DNA of 64,000 nt from Podospora anserina (GCA_017654855.1 CM030337.1:248001-312000); one strand, 5' to 3'. Shown: positions 13,545 through 26,560, counted from the first letter of the stretch. Translations and numbers: made by a program. The notes: generated by a model from the sequence alone, not told the origin.

Positions 13545-13939
13545 TGTTACGACTTAATATTTAGTGGGGCGCGGGGCGTACTACGGACCAATGACACTTA
13601 GTAGGGCACGGGGTACACCACGGACTAATCAGAACAGGATTAATAGGATCGAGGATCGATCCAGAAGAGTCAACCCCAAAAGGGATAGTATCGATAGGAT
13701 CGATGGTCGAGTCTATCGATCCAGGAAAGTGCTAGGCTTAGCACTAGGTTTATATATACGGAGGAACTGGCTAGTATAGATAAACAGTTCCGCAGTATGC
13801 AATTACAGCTTATATTTACGGTATCTTGTGTTTATATTAAGATATTTTATTATGTGCTGTTTAGCCGCACCGAACTAATTGTCAGAAGTAGCCTTTAACT
13901 AATATCCCTTTCAGAGGTTCTGTATAGGGGTTCGTTATA
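13545..13939 (+). repeat. E2 3' LTR
   Basis: Direct repeat of 7147-7541, more heavily RIP-mutated. Confidence 0.95.
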
Positions 13940-14104
13940 TATAAGAACCGGGCTTACGTAAAGCTAGGTCCTAAAATAATATTAACGAAGGAAATTTAGG
14001 AATTAAAGTTCCAAGGGTATAAAAATATTATAAAAATAATAAAAAAAATTAAATAATATTTGAATTAGCTAAAAATTAAGGAAAATATTATAGAAGATAT
14101 TTAA

Positions 14105-14285
14105 TGATACGATACCGACGGCATGGATAAGAGAGATACTGAACGGTGTGTCCGAACTGATTGATTGATTTGAGATGCCGGAGTAAAACTACCTAACGAG
14201 AACGGGGTATTAATGAAGCTATGCAGTGTGCCCGACCAAGATTCCAGACAGTTTGTCTAGATTTCCTGTCTTTAATTATATAGTA
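14105..14285 (-). mobile_element. About 180-bp insert, probable LTR fragment of a different family
   Basis: GC-richer, TpG-retaining island inside the E1 integrase. The minus strand has a TATA-like start, AATCAATCAATC, and ends GTATCGTATCA. Boundaries are uncertain. Confidence 0.4.
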
Positions 14286-14287
14286 TA

Positions 14288-16148
14288 ACGTATATTATAA
14301 GCGAGTCGTATATAGAAGCGAGTCGTACAGTCTCCACCACCTTACAATAACTATCTTTAATTGCAACATAACAATACTAAAAACCAATTATAATTACATT
14401 AGAAATAGCGGAATTAGACGATTCTATAGCCTCCTGGCAAGTACGTGCATTATGGCCAGGCTTGCCGCATACACTGCAGTACCGAACCTTCGTACGACCC
14501 CCCCCTACACTACTACTATCTGGCTATACTTCTTCTGTTACCTCCCCACCCACGGCCTTCTAGTCCAGTAAATCATTAGCATTTTATATAGCAAGTGATC
14601 TTCCGAGCTATACGCGTATTCTTTTCGCTCTCCGGCGCTTACTTAGTACTTCGTTCGCTTTACGCAACGAAGATACCTTTAACTAAAGGAGAGCTACTTA
14701 ATATATTATAGCCATTATACTTTTAGTAAGCTAGTTTACTGTAGTTAATATTAAAGTCGGGGAGCTATTTTAATAGTTAGTAATGCGAGTCTTAATAAGC
14801 GTTAATTATAAGTTAGCTTCTCGGGAGTTTTATAGTATTTAAAATACCTAAAGTTATAAAATGCCGGGCCGTAAGGTCGGGGGTATTAACGTACGAAGCT
14901 TTATATTTAGCTTAGAAAACACTCTTTTTAGATCGTACGGCGTAAGGCTAGTACCTATAAAGCCACCCCGTATATTCTTCTCTATTATAGAAGCAAAAAA
15001 AGCTTCCCGGAAGGCACAAAGGAACTCGACCTTACTTACGTAATTAATATATACGTATATTAAGTCCTCGATCTAGCGACTGTACGCTTATCTTAGCGGC
15101 CCAAAGCAGCTAATATCGAGTGGTTGGAGGAAGTAAAAGGAATATAGAGATATATAGAGCGTAATAATATTATTTTACTAATAGTAACGCTCGAATCTGG
15201 TCGAGTAATAGCTTTCGTAGCCGTCGAGGATTAATAACCGGTATTTACCTTTTATACGGGACGTTATATAATAATTAAAGTACTTAATTTAACTTAGGCT
15301 TACCGCATTAGTAGTTTAGTTATTATCGGTAATTATAATACGCTAGTCGGCCGGGAGGTTACACTCGGTATATTAGTTAGCGAGGTAGTACTGCGCGGCT
15401 AAAATAATAAAAGAAAAGATAGCCTAGCTAAAAGTATTAACTTCCTAAATTATAATTATTTATTTACGGTTACTAAACTAAATTAGTTTTACTTTTTTAA
15501 GGCCGTCCGAGGTCGTAACTACCATACCCGCGAAAATAATACCTATTATAAACCTAGTCTCGTCGAAATTATAAATACCGTTATTTATAATACCGTACTT
15601 AGCCTTAATATTCCGTATAAGCGTAAACTATTTAGCTATAACTTTTAGATCCTCGCATTTGGCCCTCTAATAATTATATTTACGCGTAAAATACGTATAG
15701 AGCTGTAGCTAGCGTTTAACGAAGTTATATGCCTAGAGCTTACTAATAGGGGGTACGTCGCGTACGCGTAATAGTTAGTTAGCTATATCTTCTATACTAC
15801 GTAATCTTAGTAGAAAAGCTCGCGTATATAGCTTAATAATATATCGGAAATAGCTTCCTTTTCCGATTGAGTCAGCTTTTTCGAATTGGGTGTTATATCG
15901 CGTCGTGCAGGCCGGCCGGCACGTCGGTTTGAGAGAGTCATAGCTGGTACGTTGTAGAGCTTAGCTGCAGCTCGGAGGCTTAATTTTTCATTAATTCGAA
16001 GAGCCTCAAGGGCTAAGAGTATCCTGGCTTCCTTTGAAGTAGGAAGCATATTGGGTTGTGGAAAAAATTAATGTTAGGTGTAAGGAGGACGCGTCGTGGT
16101 GGAGACTGTACGACTCGCTTATATATACGACTCGCTTATAATATACGT
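14288..16148 (-). mobile_element. Fot1/Pot2-like pogo (Tc1-mariner superfamily) DNA transposon, 1861 bp
   Basis: TIRs of about 53 bp (ACGTATATTATAAGCGAGTCG...CTCCACCAC) at 14288-14340 and 16096-16148 with an internal AAGCGAGTCGTA repeat. TA TSD on both sides. Confidence 0.93.
14380..16049 (-). pseudogene. pogo transposase pseudogene (HTH_psq, CENP-B-type HTH, DDE)
   Basis: N-terminus MLPTSKEARILLALEALR...SLRAAAKLYNVP..TL is typical of fungal Fot1-type transposases. The interior is riddled with RIP stops; the 3' end is approximate. Confidence 0.85.
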
Positions 16149-17761
16149 TATATAAAAGAATCAAAGTTATAAAGTATAAGTTTTATAGATTTTTAAAGTT
16201 ATTATTAGAAGCCAAATAGTTATGCAATCTAACTATAGTGCACTTTATTATTAAATTATTAAAGTAAAGATAAAGTAACTAGTAATAATAATATTAATAA
16301 TATATTAAAAGCAATTATTTAACTTATTAAACAAGTATATTTTTATTTTATAAACAAACCTAAACGATAAAACAATTAGCAAATATAGTATTATAGTATA
16401 TTACGTTTATATATATATAGTCGGTTTATTTTAAACCGTACTATTGGATTTATATATAAGTTTTAAAAAGCGCTAATAAAAAAATTAGGGATAAAAGGTA
16501 AAACATTATTAGCTTACTACCTTTCAATAGACGGGCAATAGAACTATTTAATTAGACTATAAAATAGTATTTACGGAACTACATTAATTTCCAATAAATT
16601 AATTAACTGAAATAATCACCTATAATATAATTAACATATAATATATTATTAATGTAAATGATAAAAGTTATACCTTTCTTTGTAAACCATAAATATAACG
16701 TAAATCTACGTTAAGGACACAATATAAAGGTACGTAAGGCTGCAGTTAACGTAAATATGTAATATATACATTACGATAAAAAAAAATTTAAGCTTATATA
16801 AGAAAAAATATTTAAATATTATAATTTTAAAAAGCTTGAAGGACCTCGCTTTAAAAAAGGAGAGACAGTATTACTTTCTATAGGTAATTTATAAATTGAG
16901 AGCTCTAATAAAAGGCTAGACTATGGGAGAATAGAATTATTTAAGGTTAAAAAGAAAATATCGGAAATAATATACGAGCTAAAACTATTGAATATATAAT
17001 ATATTTACGGTTATATACCTTTTGGATTTTACTTTTAGAACCCGTACTATTAACGAGTAAAGCTAATACTAAAAAGTAGCGGAAGGCGAAGAAGAAAAAT
17101 ACCATATAGAAAATGCATTAAATTCACGGATCAACGAGAGTTAATTAAAATAGTAAGTTAATTAATGAGGCTATCCAGCTACGGATAACTTATAGAAACC
17201 TACTATATATTTCAACTACTTTAAAAAGTTAAAAAGGTTTTACCGGCGGTACTTTAATCGGCTAGAAAAAAACTACTAGTTACGCTAGAACCTAAAAAAA
17301 GTTAAAAGGCTAGTCGAAGCCTAGGGTAGGGTCAGAAAAGGAGAAGTCGGAAAGAGCCATACCGGAGGATTTCGCTAGGAGAGGGGCTTACAGGGGCGTT
17401 AGCCGAGCAGTAAACACTCGCTCCATTTCTTTAAGAAGCTAACGTTAATATACAGTAAGTAGTGGTTATATCGAGAAAAAGCGATATACGGAACGTAACC
17501 TTTTTTATAATAAGTATATTAAAGTATTATAAAACTATACTTTTCGAAAAAAAGTTTTAATCGCAGCGGCGTTCGACGCTTATATAAATATGTTTTTAGA
17601 TAAAGTTAAGTATCATAGCGCAAATTAAAAAAAGAAGTGATAGTAGAATATTAATTAGAAGAAGGTACGTTAGTTATTTCTGGGATTTAATTGGCGAGGC
17701 GTTAACCTAGGGAAGCGGTATTATATTATACTTAAACTAACGGGTAGGTTAATTAGTATAG

Positions 17762-18191
17762 TGTGATGAACCCTTATCTAGAACCTCTGGAAAGGATACT
17801 AGTTGAAGGCACTTCTGAATAATCCTGGTTCGGTACAGCTAATTAGTGTACAACAAATGGCTTGTCTCAATTACAATAGCTAAATACCAACGATTGTGAC
17901 TTGTAATTGCATACTGCGGAACTATTTATCTACACTAGCCAGTTCCTCCGTATATAGACCTAAGCCTCCAAGTACCTCCGTACCTGGATCTATCTATTTT
18001 TTTTATAGATCCCCTTGGATCTAACTTCCAAACTCTAGATCCTTGAATCTAGCTCTAAATCCCTAGATCCACGGATCTATCTTCCAATTCCTAGATCCCC
18101 TGGCCCGTGTTATTCCCTGCTCCATAGGCCCCACTTATCCGTCGCCCGTTCTCACTAGTCCGGGCGACCCCGCTTCTTCTGAACCGTGACA
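17762..18191 (-). mobile_element. Solo LTR inserted in the E1 3' LTR
   Basis: TGTGATGAACCC...CCGTGACA; TSD TATAG/TATAA. U3 has tandem repeats of about 27 bp containing TAGATCC..GGATCTA. Confidence 0.88.
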
Positions 18192-21100
18192 TATAAGCGG
18201 CGCTGGGCATACTTAGTTAATCGTTAAGTTAAATTAAAAATAATTAATTAGAAAGTAATTAAAGTTATTATAATATAAATAGAATTGTTATAATTACGGG
18301 CAGAATTAATTAGGGTATAATTAGAGTAATTAGGGCATAATTATAATAATTACTAGTAAGGTTAGTTGAAACGTAATTGTCACAGTTAAGCCAACAGGTA
18401 AGTTGAACGAATGCGGGGCATGGGAGGTGGCGGTCAATCGCTACGGGAACCAATAGGAAGTGGAGCGCCGGGGAGCGCCAGGAGCGCGGTGATCTAAGTG
18501 ATCTTAAGGTAACAGGAGTGATCCAGGATCACTCTTAGTATCGTGATCCACGGTAATCTACTAGTCTGTATATACGGAGGAACTGGCTAGTATAGATAAA
18601 TAGTTCCGTAGTATACAATTTAAGTCACAATCGTTGGTATCTAAACTATTATAGTTTAAATAAGCCATTTATTGTATACTATTTAAATATTCCGACTTAA
18701 GATTATTTAAAAGTACCTTTAACCAGTATCCCTTTAAAAATTCTGAATAGAGGTTCGTTATACGTTATATACTTACTTTAACTCTATTATAAATAAGTTG
18801 AAGGCGTCATTTTATTACTATAGCTGGACCTAAAAGCGTTTAAATAAAAGGTATCTCGCTTACCTTATGTAACGGAGGACTTTTTACTATAATTACTAAA
18901 TTTAATACTATAATTATAAAATAATTTATTAAACGCATTTAAGAGTTCGAGCACGAAGTTTACAGACTCGGCATTAAATTATTATTATAATGATTATACT
19001 TAAATCGATATTTAGGTTCTTAGTATCGGAGTACTGTAGAGGAGGAAGGTAAAGTTTAAAGAGTTTTTAATTTAATATAAAATCTATTTTCGTTACTATT
19101 GAAATTAATTTATGAACGAAACGCCAAAGGGAATTTTCGCGGTTATTCAGTTTAAAGATAGGGCTCCTATATCATTTAAACCTATCTTTAACGTTACCAT
19201 AAAGAGAAAAAGGAAAATAAGGAGAAAATTACGGCCTAATATTTTAAAAGCTATTATGTTTTCGAAACTAAATTTTTAAAAGAATTTAGGAAGTATAATA
19301 AAGCAAAGTACGTATAAAAGAGGCTTATCAATTTACGTTAAACGTATTTAATAACGGATTACGCGGTTCCATTTAAAATCAATAGCCTATATAATATTAC
19401 TAACGATAAGGAGTTAATATAGTTTTTATATAGCGGCTTTAAAAAAAAGTAAAAGACAAGTTATATAAGGAATTAAAGTTTAATACTATTAATAAGTATA
19501 CCGCTATAGTTATACAGATCGATAATCGGTAATTTCAATACTATATAAAGAAAAATATAATAGGGGTTATTATAGTAATAACCGTTCTAATAATATATAT
19601 AAACGGTAATATTTTAATATTAATTACTCCGGTACTATATACGTAAAACCGATAAAAGTCAATGTTATATAGTAACAGAGGCCGTAAAGCCGGGGCTAAA
19701 GTAAAGGTAACCTTAAGTATTTTAATTATAGTAAGGTAAGATACTTTAAAAAATATTATAAAATATTTAAACGATTTAATTAAAAGAAGGAGATTATAGT
19801 CATTATTATATCGAAGGGACCGAGGGTTACAGAGGTCGTAATTATTAAGTTTTAGGAAGGCGAAGTTTTAAGCTTTAAAGAAAACTTTGATTAATATACC
19901 GAATAAAAAACTGCAAAGATGTAAAAACTACAGAAAATAATAAAAAAGTTAAAAGTAAAATATAGAGAAAAATATGTTTAAATATAGAAACTATAAAATT
20001 AATTAATATCAATTACTATAAAAATTATTGTAGAGATTATTAAATATAATAACCTTATATAGTAAAAAAGACCTGACTAAGAAATAATATTCAAGAAAAT
20101 AATATTCAAAAAATAATACAGATAATATAAAATAATCTACGTATAATAAATATTAAAGATTTAAAAGTTAGATATAAAACCTAAAAAGAACATGAAGAAA
20201 ACAAGAAAGTCGTTGGTTTAGGATCGCGAAGTAATTAAAATGAACATTTTTATTTATATAATGTACAATTTATAAAGCAAATATAATATAATTTTATTTT
20301 AAATGACCGCAATATTAAAAAGTACTTTAGTTTAAATATATTATATATAAATGTACAATATATTATTAAAGTGAATTATTATATAGTTCTTAGCGTATAC
20401 GTAAAGTAAAGTAAGTAAGTAAGTTATAATTATGAAGACAATAATAATTAATTAAAAAAAAATTTAGAAAAATATAAACCATTATTTCCGGTGAAGAATT
20501 TAGGACCTATTTAAATTAAAAGATAGCTTTTAAATAATATAATTTACCTAAATAAATGAAGTATTACTTGAACTAAATAAAGGGAAGAGGTAATCAAGAT
20601 AGTATAATTCTATGGATAAAAGTAATACTTGCGTAATATTTTAGCCCAGACTACCTACTATATTTATAAAAGAAAGTTAAACCATATCATTAAATAAAGA
20701 GGTTAGGGAAACGATTAAGTAGCGGAAACACTATTAGATATAGGTATAATAGAATATCAGGAAAGTCAGAGACGGGAAGTACAAAGAAGTTAAACGGAAG
20801 TAATGAAAAAAAAAATTATATTATTAAGTAACCCGGAATAAAAGGATACTTTTAAATGATATAACCGCTAAAAAAATATTTTATGGCCCTTCGTGGAGGC
20901 CGGTAACCTCTAACGGATTACAAAAAGTATCGTTTAAAGTATCGGCGTAAGGCACAGGTATAAAATAATAACCCGATACTCGTTAGCGAGGTTACTATTA
21001 TATAAAGAGAAAGTAAAAAAATAAACGCTTTTAAATTATTATATATTAAAAGGATATTTAAATAGTAATATTAATAAATAAGAGTTATGGAAATAAACTT

Positions 21101-23598
21101 AATTTCGTTATAATTTACATATGAAGTTAGGATATTATAAAAGAAAAAAAAGAATACATTATGATATAAAGACTATTTCCGACGTAAAAGGTCTATAAAA
21201 ATATCACTTTCAAATATTATACTTAAAGGGAAAATAATTTTAAGTATATTTAATATCATAGATATAGAAGCTTGAAAATATAATTTTAAAGTAACTGTAG
21301 TATAGAGATTTTAATTTAAATATTGATTGGAAAGATAGTAATTACCTACGATTAAGGAAACCTTGAAAGTATTTAATTAACGATAGGAGATTAGAAATAC
21401 GTATAATGTAAAGTGTAGAATAAGTACCCTCTACGATATTACCGTAAAAGGCCTAAGAAGTAATAGTATACTTTATTAATATAGGCGGTAAATTTAAAGA
21501 AGTAAGGTTAACGACGTTGGTAAAAATCTCAGAGATTAATAAGTATACCTATTATAATGATATCAAAAAAGGCGAGAGAAAAGCGGTACCGGTAGAATAT
21601 TAAACATATTTAACATTTACGGCTATTTATTTTGAGGGACTTTTGAAGCAGGGACTATAGGACTAGGAGTTTAAGTTAAAAGAAAGAGCTAACTTACGGT
21701 TATTTAAAGTTTATTATACTAACGATAACCAAAGTAAGGATTTACGGAAGTATTTAAACGAGAGTCTTGAAAAAATTATATTAGCGAGTTTATATCGCTA
21801 ATAAATGCCCTGTTTTTTATACCGACAAAGAATAGTAATTTACAACTATATATAAATTACCGTCAGTTAAATAATGAAACGATAAAAATTAATTACCCAT
21901 TATAATTAATGTTTAAATTATAAAGTTAATTCATTAAGGCCTAATACTTTATATATGTAAATATACCTATTAAGTACGCTTATATAGATTAAAAAAAGAG
22001 ATAAATAGAAAATAGTATTTCGTAATACTGTTCGGGTTGATTAATGTACCCGCGACGTTTTAATATCTCGTTAATTCTACGATCCCGAAATATCTTAATA
22101 AAATAGTAATATATTATTTTAATACCGGTTTTATTTATTTCTATATTCCAGCAAAATCTAGCGATATATATAAAAAAGGATATAGGTAAGATATTTAATA
22201 TTATTAAGTAAGGTTCGGATAGAATTTAAGAAAATTACGCTAATTCGAAACTAATCTATACCGTAATTATAAAAATATATTAAGGAATTTTTAAGGTTCA
22301 TAAATTTTTATCGGATGTGTATTCGGGGGTATATAGGAATTACATAGTTATTTAACTATTTAATTAAAAAGAATATAGAGTTCCAGTGGGAGTAGGAAAA
22401 AAGTAAGCCTTTTAGGTGTTAAAGGAAACTATTTTGAAGGACTCGCTATTTAAATTATTAAACGTTAATTAACCGTTCGAAGTCGAAGCTAATATATTAG
22501 ATCATACGATCGGTAAATAGTGATATTAACGAAACAACGATAGAAAGCTATATCCGGTAACTTTCCTTTCGAAAAAATTAAAGAAAGTACGTTTTAATTA
22601 CTTAATTTACGATAAAAAACTATTTATTATTATTACAATATTTAAGAAATAAAAAGTATACTTTAATAATATTAATTATAAAATATAAGTCTATATAAAT
22701 TATAAAAATTTACGATACCCTACTACCATAAAGATCCTTACCGTACGATAAATACCATCCTTAATTGTTTTTTCGGAGTTTATTTTTAGATTAACTTTGG
22801 AAAAGATTCGGAAAACGTGAAGGTAAATATCTTTAACCGGCGAACCGATTATTATAAAAATATATTTAAGGAATTACTATTATTATTAAAAGAAACGCTA
22901 AAAGTATTTTTAATTATTTATTTTAACCGTTAATAGAATATTATATGGTATATTATGAGTAAGTTACTTTTAGTCAGTTTTTAAAGAAGTTAAATAATAA
23001 TATCATAAAGTAATATTAATAAAAGTAATTAGAACTGTAAGGTATTTAAAAGAATAGTTAGAGAAGACAATAGTGTAAAAGTCGAATATATATAAAGTTA
23101 GTTAATAAAATAATATTGATAATAGACATTTATACGTTAAAATTCGGAGGATACATAAGTATTATAAAAACTATAGAAAAGATTAAGTAGTACCTAATTA
23201 GTTAAAGATTAAAGATAACGTTAGGAAAATTATTTAGTTATACTATACGTACGAAAAAATAAAGGTTATACGGTATAAGCCTTATAGATTTTTAAAGTTA
23301 TTATTAATTTTAGAACGATTATAAAGTTTAATTACGATACACTTTATTTCAAAATATAAAAGTTAAAAAATATAATAGCCGGCGTTAAGTATATTAATAT
23401 ATTAACGGTAATCGATAAGTTTATTAAATCTAGTTTTTACCCTATAAAGGAACTTAGTCGGTAAAGTAATTAGCGGATATAGTACTGGAGTATATTATAG
23501 TAATATATACATAGTTAAAGGAGTTTATTACGGACCGTAATATTAAATTTATATTAAAGTTTTCAAAAGCGTTAATAATAAGGTTAAAGGTAATAAGT

Positions 23599-24230
23599 TG
23601 TTAGCTGGTAAGCCCTGATAGGCCTATAATATAGAACCTATACAGGGTTGCTGTAAAATACAGCAGTGCGCAAGCGGAAGCGGGAGGATACGACGGCAGT
23701 GCCGAAGGAAGGTAAAGCACTGTAATACAGTGAGGTATAAAGAATAAGAATTGCCTTTATTACCTTTGGCCTTGGCCTTTGGCCTTAGCCTTAAGCTTTT
23801 GCCCTTAAGGAAAGAAAGAGAACTATTCTACAGGAGAGAGGAGAGGTCTATATATAGGCCTTCGTAGGCCTACTGTGGGTCCTGTAGGCCCTGGAAGCCC
23901 CTATACCACTTTGGGGTATTTGGTGGGCTTAGGTGGGTCTAGTGTAGACTCACGGAAATCCATAGAACCTTCGGCAGCAGAGGTGCCCTGTAAATCACAC
24001 TATTGTGGCAACTTACTACGTAAGCCTGTAGCCACTTTGGAAGGTTCTAGTATTCATTGACTAAGCCTCAGGCCACAGTAGCCCTGTAAGCCTTCAAGGG
24101 TCCCTTGTAAAGAATATTCTAAAGGGATCCAAGCCGGGAAGTTCAATTACTGCTTATAGCAGTACTGCCCACTGTAATATCAATCTGTAGGGCAGTAAGT
24201 AGGGCACTTAGTAGTACCCACACATTAACA
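23599..24230 (-). mobile_element. 632-bp solo LTR of an unrelated family within the E3 integrase
   Basis: TGTTAG...TTAACA ends; minus-strand TATATA and AATAAA; short TTGGCC-like repeats. No TSD (TAAGT/GACAT). Confidence 0.8.
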
Positions 24231-24868
24231 GACATAAAGTAGACCTACGGCAAGGACTTAATATAGAGGTATTTAGGGCTAGAATTAAAGTATATAAATT
24301 ACATATACCTTATGATAAGTTTAAAAACAATTAAAGTTTATAAAGAAAAGGTTATGGAAATAACATAATGTTAAAAAGCTCGAAGGACCTCGCTTTAAAG
24401 GGAGGGATATGATATTTTCTTATAATATAATTTACGTATTAAGAACTTTAGTAAGAAACTAGGCTATAAAAGAGTGGGCATATTCAAAGTTAAAAGGAAA
24501 ATATTAAGGATAGCATTCGAATTAAAACTACTTAATATAATATATTTACGGTTATATACCTTTTATATTTTTATTTTAAAACCCGTATTATTAATAAATA
24601 AAGTTAATATATAAGAAGTAGCGAAGGATAAGGAAAGGGAGTACGATATAGAAAAAATTAGATTCACGGTTTAATAAAGATAAAATAAAATATTTAATTA
24701 GTTAATTAAAATACTTAGTTAATGATAATTTATTGAAATTAATGGTAAACCTTAATTACTTAAATAAATTAAAAGAATTTTACTAGTAATATTTAAACCA
24801 GCTAAGGTTAATATAAGTAAAAAACATACGTTAGGATTCTTAAAAAGTTAAAAATCCTAACGTATCAA

Positions 24869-24938
24869 TGTTTTAACGGAAATCAAACGCGTGTCTTTGA
24901 TATAGTAGCCGGTATAGTATATACTATATAATAAGGTT
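24869..24938 (-). ncRNA. Degenerate tRNA-like cloverleaf (inside E3)
   Basis: Aligns without gaps to the E2 copies (plus strand ACGGAAATCAAAC...GATATAGTAGCCGG...TATATACTA...AGGTT). Same position after the chromodomain. Confidence 0.55.
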
Positions 24939-26479
24939 AATAAATACCTCGGGATAGGTATATAATTAATTATTTTGGGAGAGAGGAGAATTTAAAAGAG
25001 TTAAAGGGGGAGGCGAAAAGAGAGGATTGGTTAAAGGAATAAATATTATTTAATATAGTATTTTAGTTAATCGAGTCGAAAGTACCCGAGGCTTACGCGG
25101 CCGTAATTTCCGACTTCCGACAATTAATTACTTCGAACTTATTTAGTAAAGTAAGGTTATGCTATATTATTTCGGTACTATATAACGAAAGGTAACGGTA
25201 TTAACGACGAAAACGTGTAAGGACTGTTAAAGTTTTTTAAGCCGCGCGCTAAGTCTCTTAGGCTTTATATTAAATACATTAGAAATGCTTTTCGGCGAAC
25301 TCCTCTTCGTAAGTTAATCGTTTGGTTTCGGTTATTATATAATTAATTTTATACATACGTTAGAAAGATAACAAGAAAAGAGTATAAAGTAAAAAATATA
25401 TATACCGAAACCTGAATATTTATATTACTGTAAATACGTTTACGGTAAATATAATTACTATAACGAAGAAAATATTTTATATACCAAGCTTTTCGAAAAG
25501 TGATAAGAATATAGTGTAGTTTTATACCCTAAGTAAAAAAGAATAGTTATAAGGGAGATATATCAGAAAGATTTTAGGTTAAAAGTTTTAGATATACTGT
25601 TAAAGATAATTAGGGTTTTAAGAAAAAAAGTAAAGAAAAGAAATTTATTAACGAAGATTAAGCGGAAAAGAGAATAGTAAGTATTTCAAGGACGTAATCG
25701 CCGAAGCGTCGATTTAAAAGAAGGGGCATTATATTATAATTAAATTAATAGGTAAGTTAAACAAATACGGGGTAGGAAGTGCCGGTTAATTACTACGAGA
25801 ATTAATAGAAAGTAGAGCGCCGGGAAGCGCTAGAAGCGCGGTAATCTAAATAATTCTAAAGTAATAAAAGTAATCTAGGATCACTCTTAATATCGTAATC
25901 CACGGTAGTCTACTAATCGATATATATGGAGAAACACACTAGTGTAGATAAATAGTTCCGCAATATATAATCTAAGTTATAATCGTTAGTATCTAAACTA
26001 TTATGGTTAAAAAAAGCTATTTATTGTATACTATTTAGCTGTACCGAACCAGGATTGTTTAGAAGTACCTTTAATTAGTATTCTTTTCAGATGTTCTGAA
26101 TAGGGGGTTCGTCACAGTAATTAGGGCGGGTTAGCTATAATCAGTCTAGAGCTTTGGAGTTTATATATATATAGGAACTAGATAGGTATGAGATAGTTCC
26201 GTGGTATATAATATAAGTTCTATTCGTTAGTATTTTCATTATTATAATTGAGACAAGCTATTATTGTACACTGTTTAGCTATACCAAACCAGGATTGTTT
26301 AGGAGCGCCTTCGACTAGTATCTCTTTATGAGGTTCTAGATAAGGGCTCGTTACAATACTCCAGTATTGAAGCTTTTTTAATATTATTTATTTAGAATTA
26401 TCTTGCTTTACCGTTAGTATATTAAAGCTGTCTTCAAATAGTAAGTAACGCTTTCACACCTTTTATTTTGCGTTAAGAT

Positions 26480-26560
26480 TTTAGTTTTCCGTTTGGTTTT
26501 TTGGGGTCTTTTTTTTGGTCTTTTTAGTTTTTTTTGGGGTTTTTTTTGGGGTTGGGGAGT
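26480..26560. repeat. Low-complexity T/G tracts at the AT/GC boundary
   Basis: Runs such as TTTTTTGGGG and TTTTTTTTGG. Confidence 0.8.

Larger units (their letters stand above)
7147..13939 (+). mobile_element. E2: full-length RIP-inactivated Gypsy/chromovirus LTR retrotransposon
   Basis: 395-bp LTRs at 7147-7541 and 13545-13939, TSD TATAG/TATAA, PPT AAAGAGGAGAG before the 3' LTR. Traces of gag start near 7599, CCHC knuckle near 8480-8520, RT YxDD near 10030-10045, RNase H, integrase and chromodomain near 12210-12350. Confidence 0.93.
18378..26116 (+). mobile_element. E3: full-length RIP-inactivated Gypsy/chromovirus inserted in the E1 3' LTR
   Basis: 385-bp LTRs at 18378-18762 and 25732-26116, perfect GTAAT TSD (18373-18377 and 26117-26121), PPT AAAAGAAGGGG. 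Same leader as E2; gag, pol and chromodomain are collinear with E2. Confidence 0.93.
3175..26355 (+). mobile_element. E1: old 5'-truncated Gypsy/chromovirus retrotransposon, host of the nested insertions
   Basis: RIP-degenerate gag with a Zn-knuckle trace near 3880, pol to 7146, resuming at 13940-14104 and 16151-17250 (integrase, then chromodomain near 17090-17250). PPT at 17709-17718. The 3' LTR is split into 17724-17761, 18192-18377 and 26117-26355 and ends CGTTACA. Collinear with E2 and E3. Confidence 0.8.

Noticed and set aside
17960-18110. Regular short repeats as a CRISPR-like array
   Set aside because: Eukaryotic context; these are tandem U3 repeats in an LTR with no unique spacers and no cas genes.
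26480-26560. TTTTGGGG-like runs as telomeric repeats
   Set aside because: Run lengths are irregular, the unit is not TTAGGG, and the position is internal.
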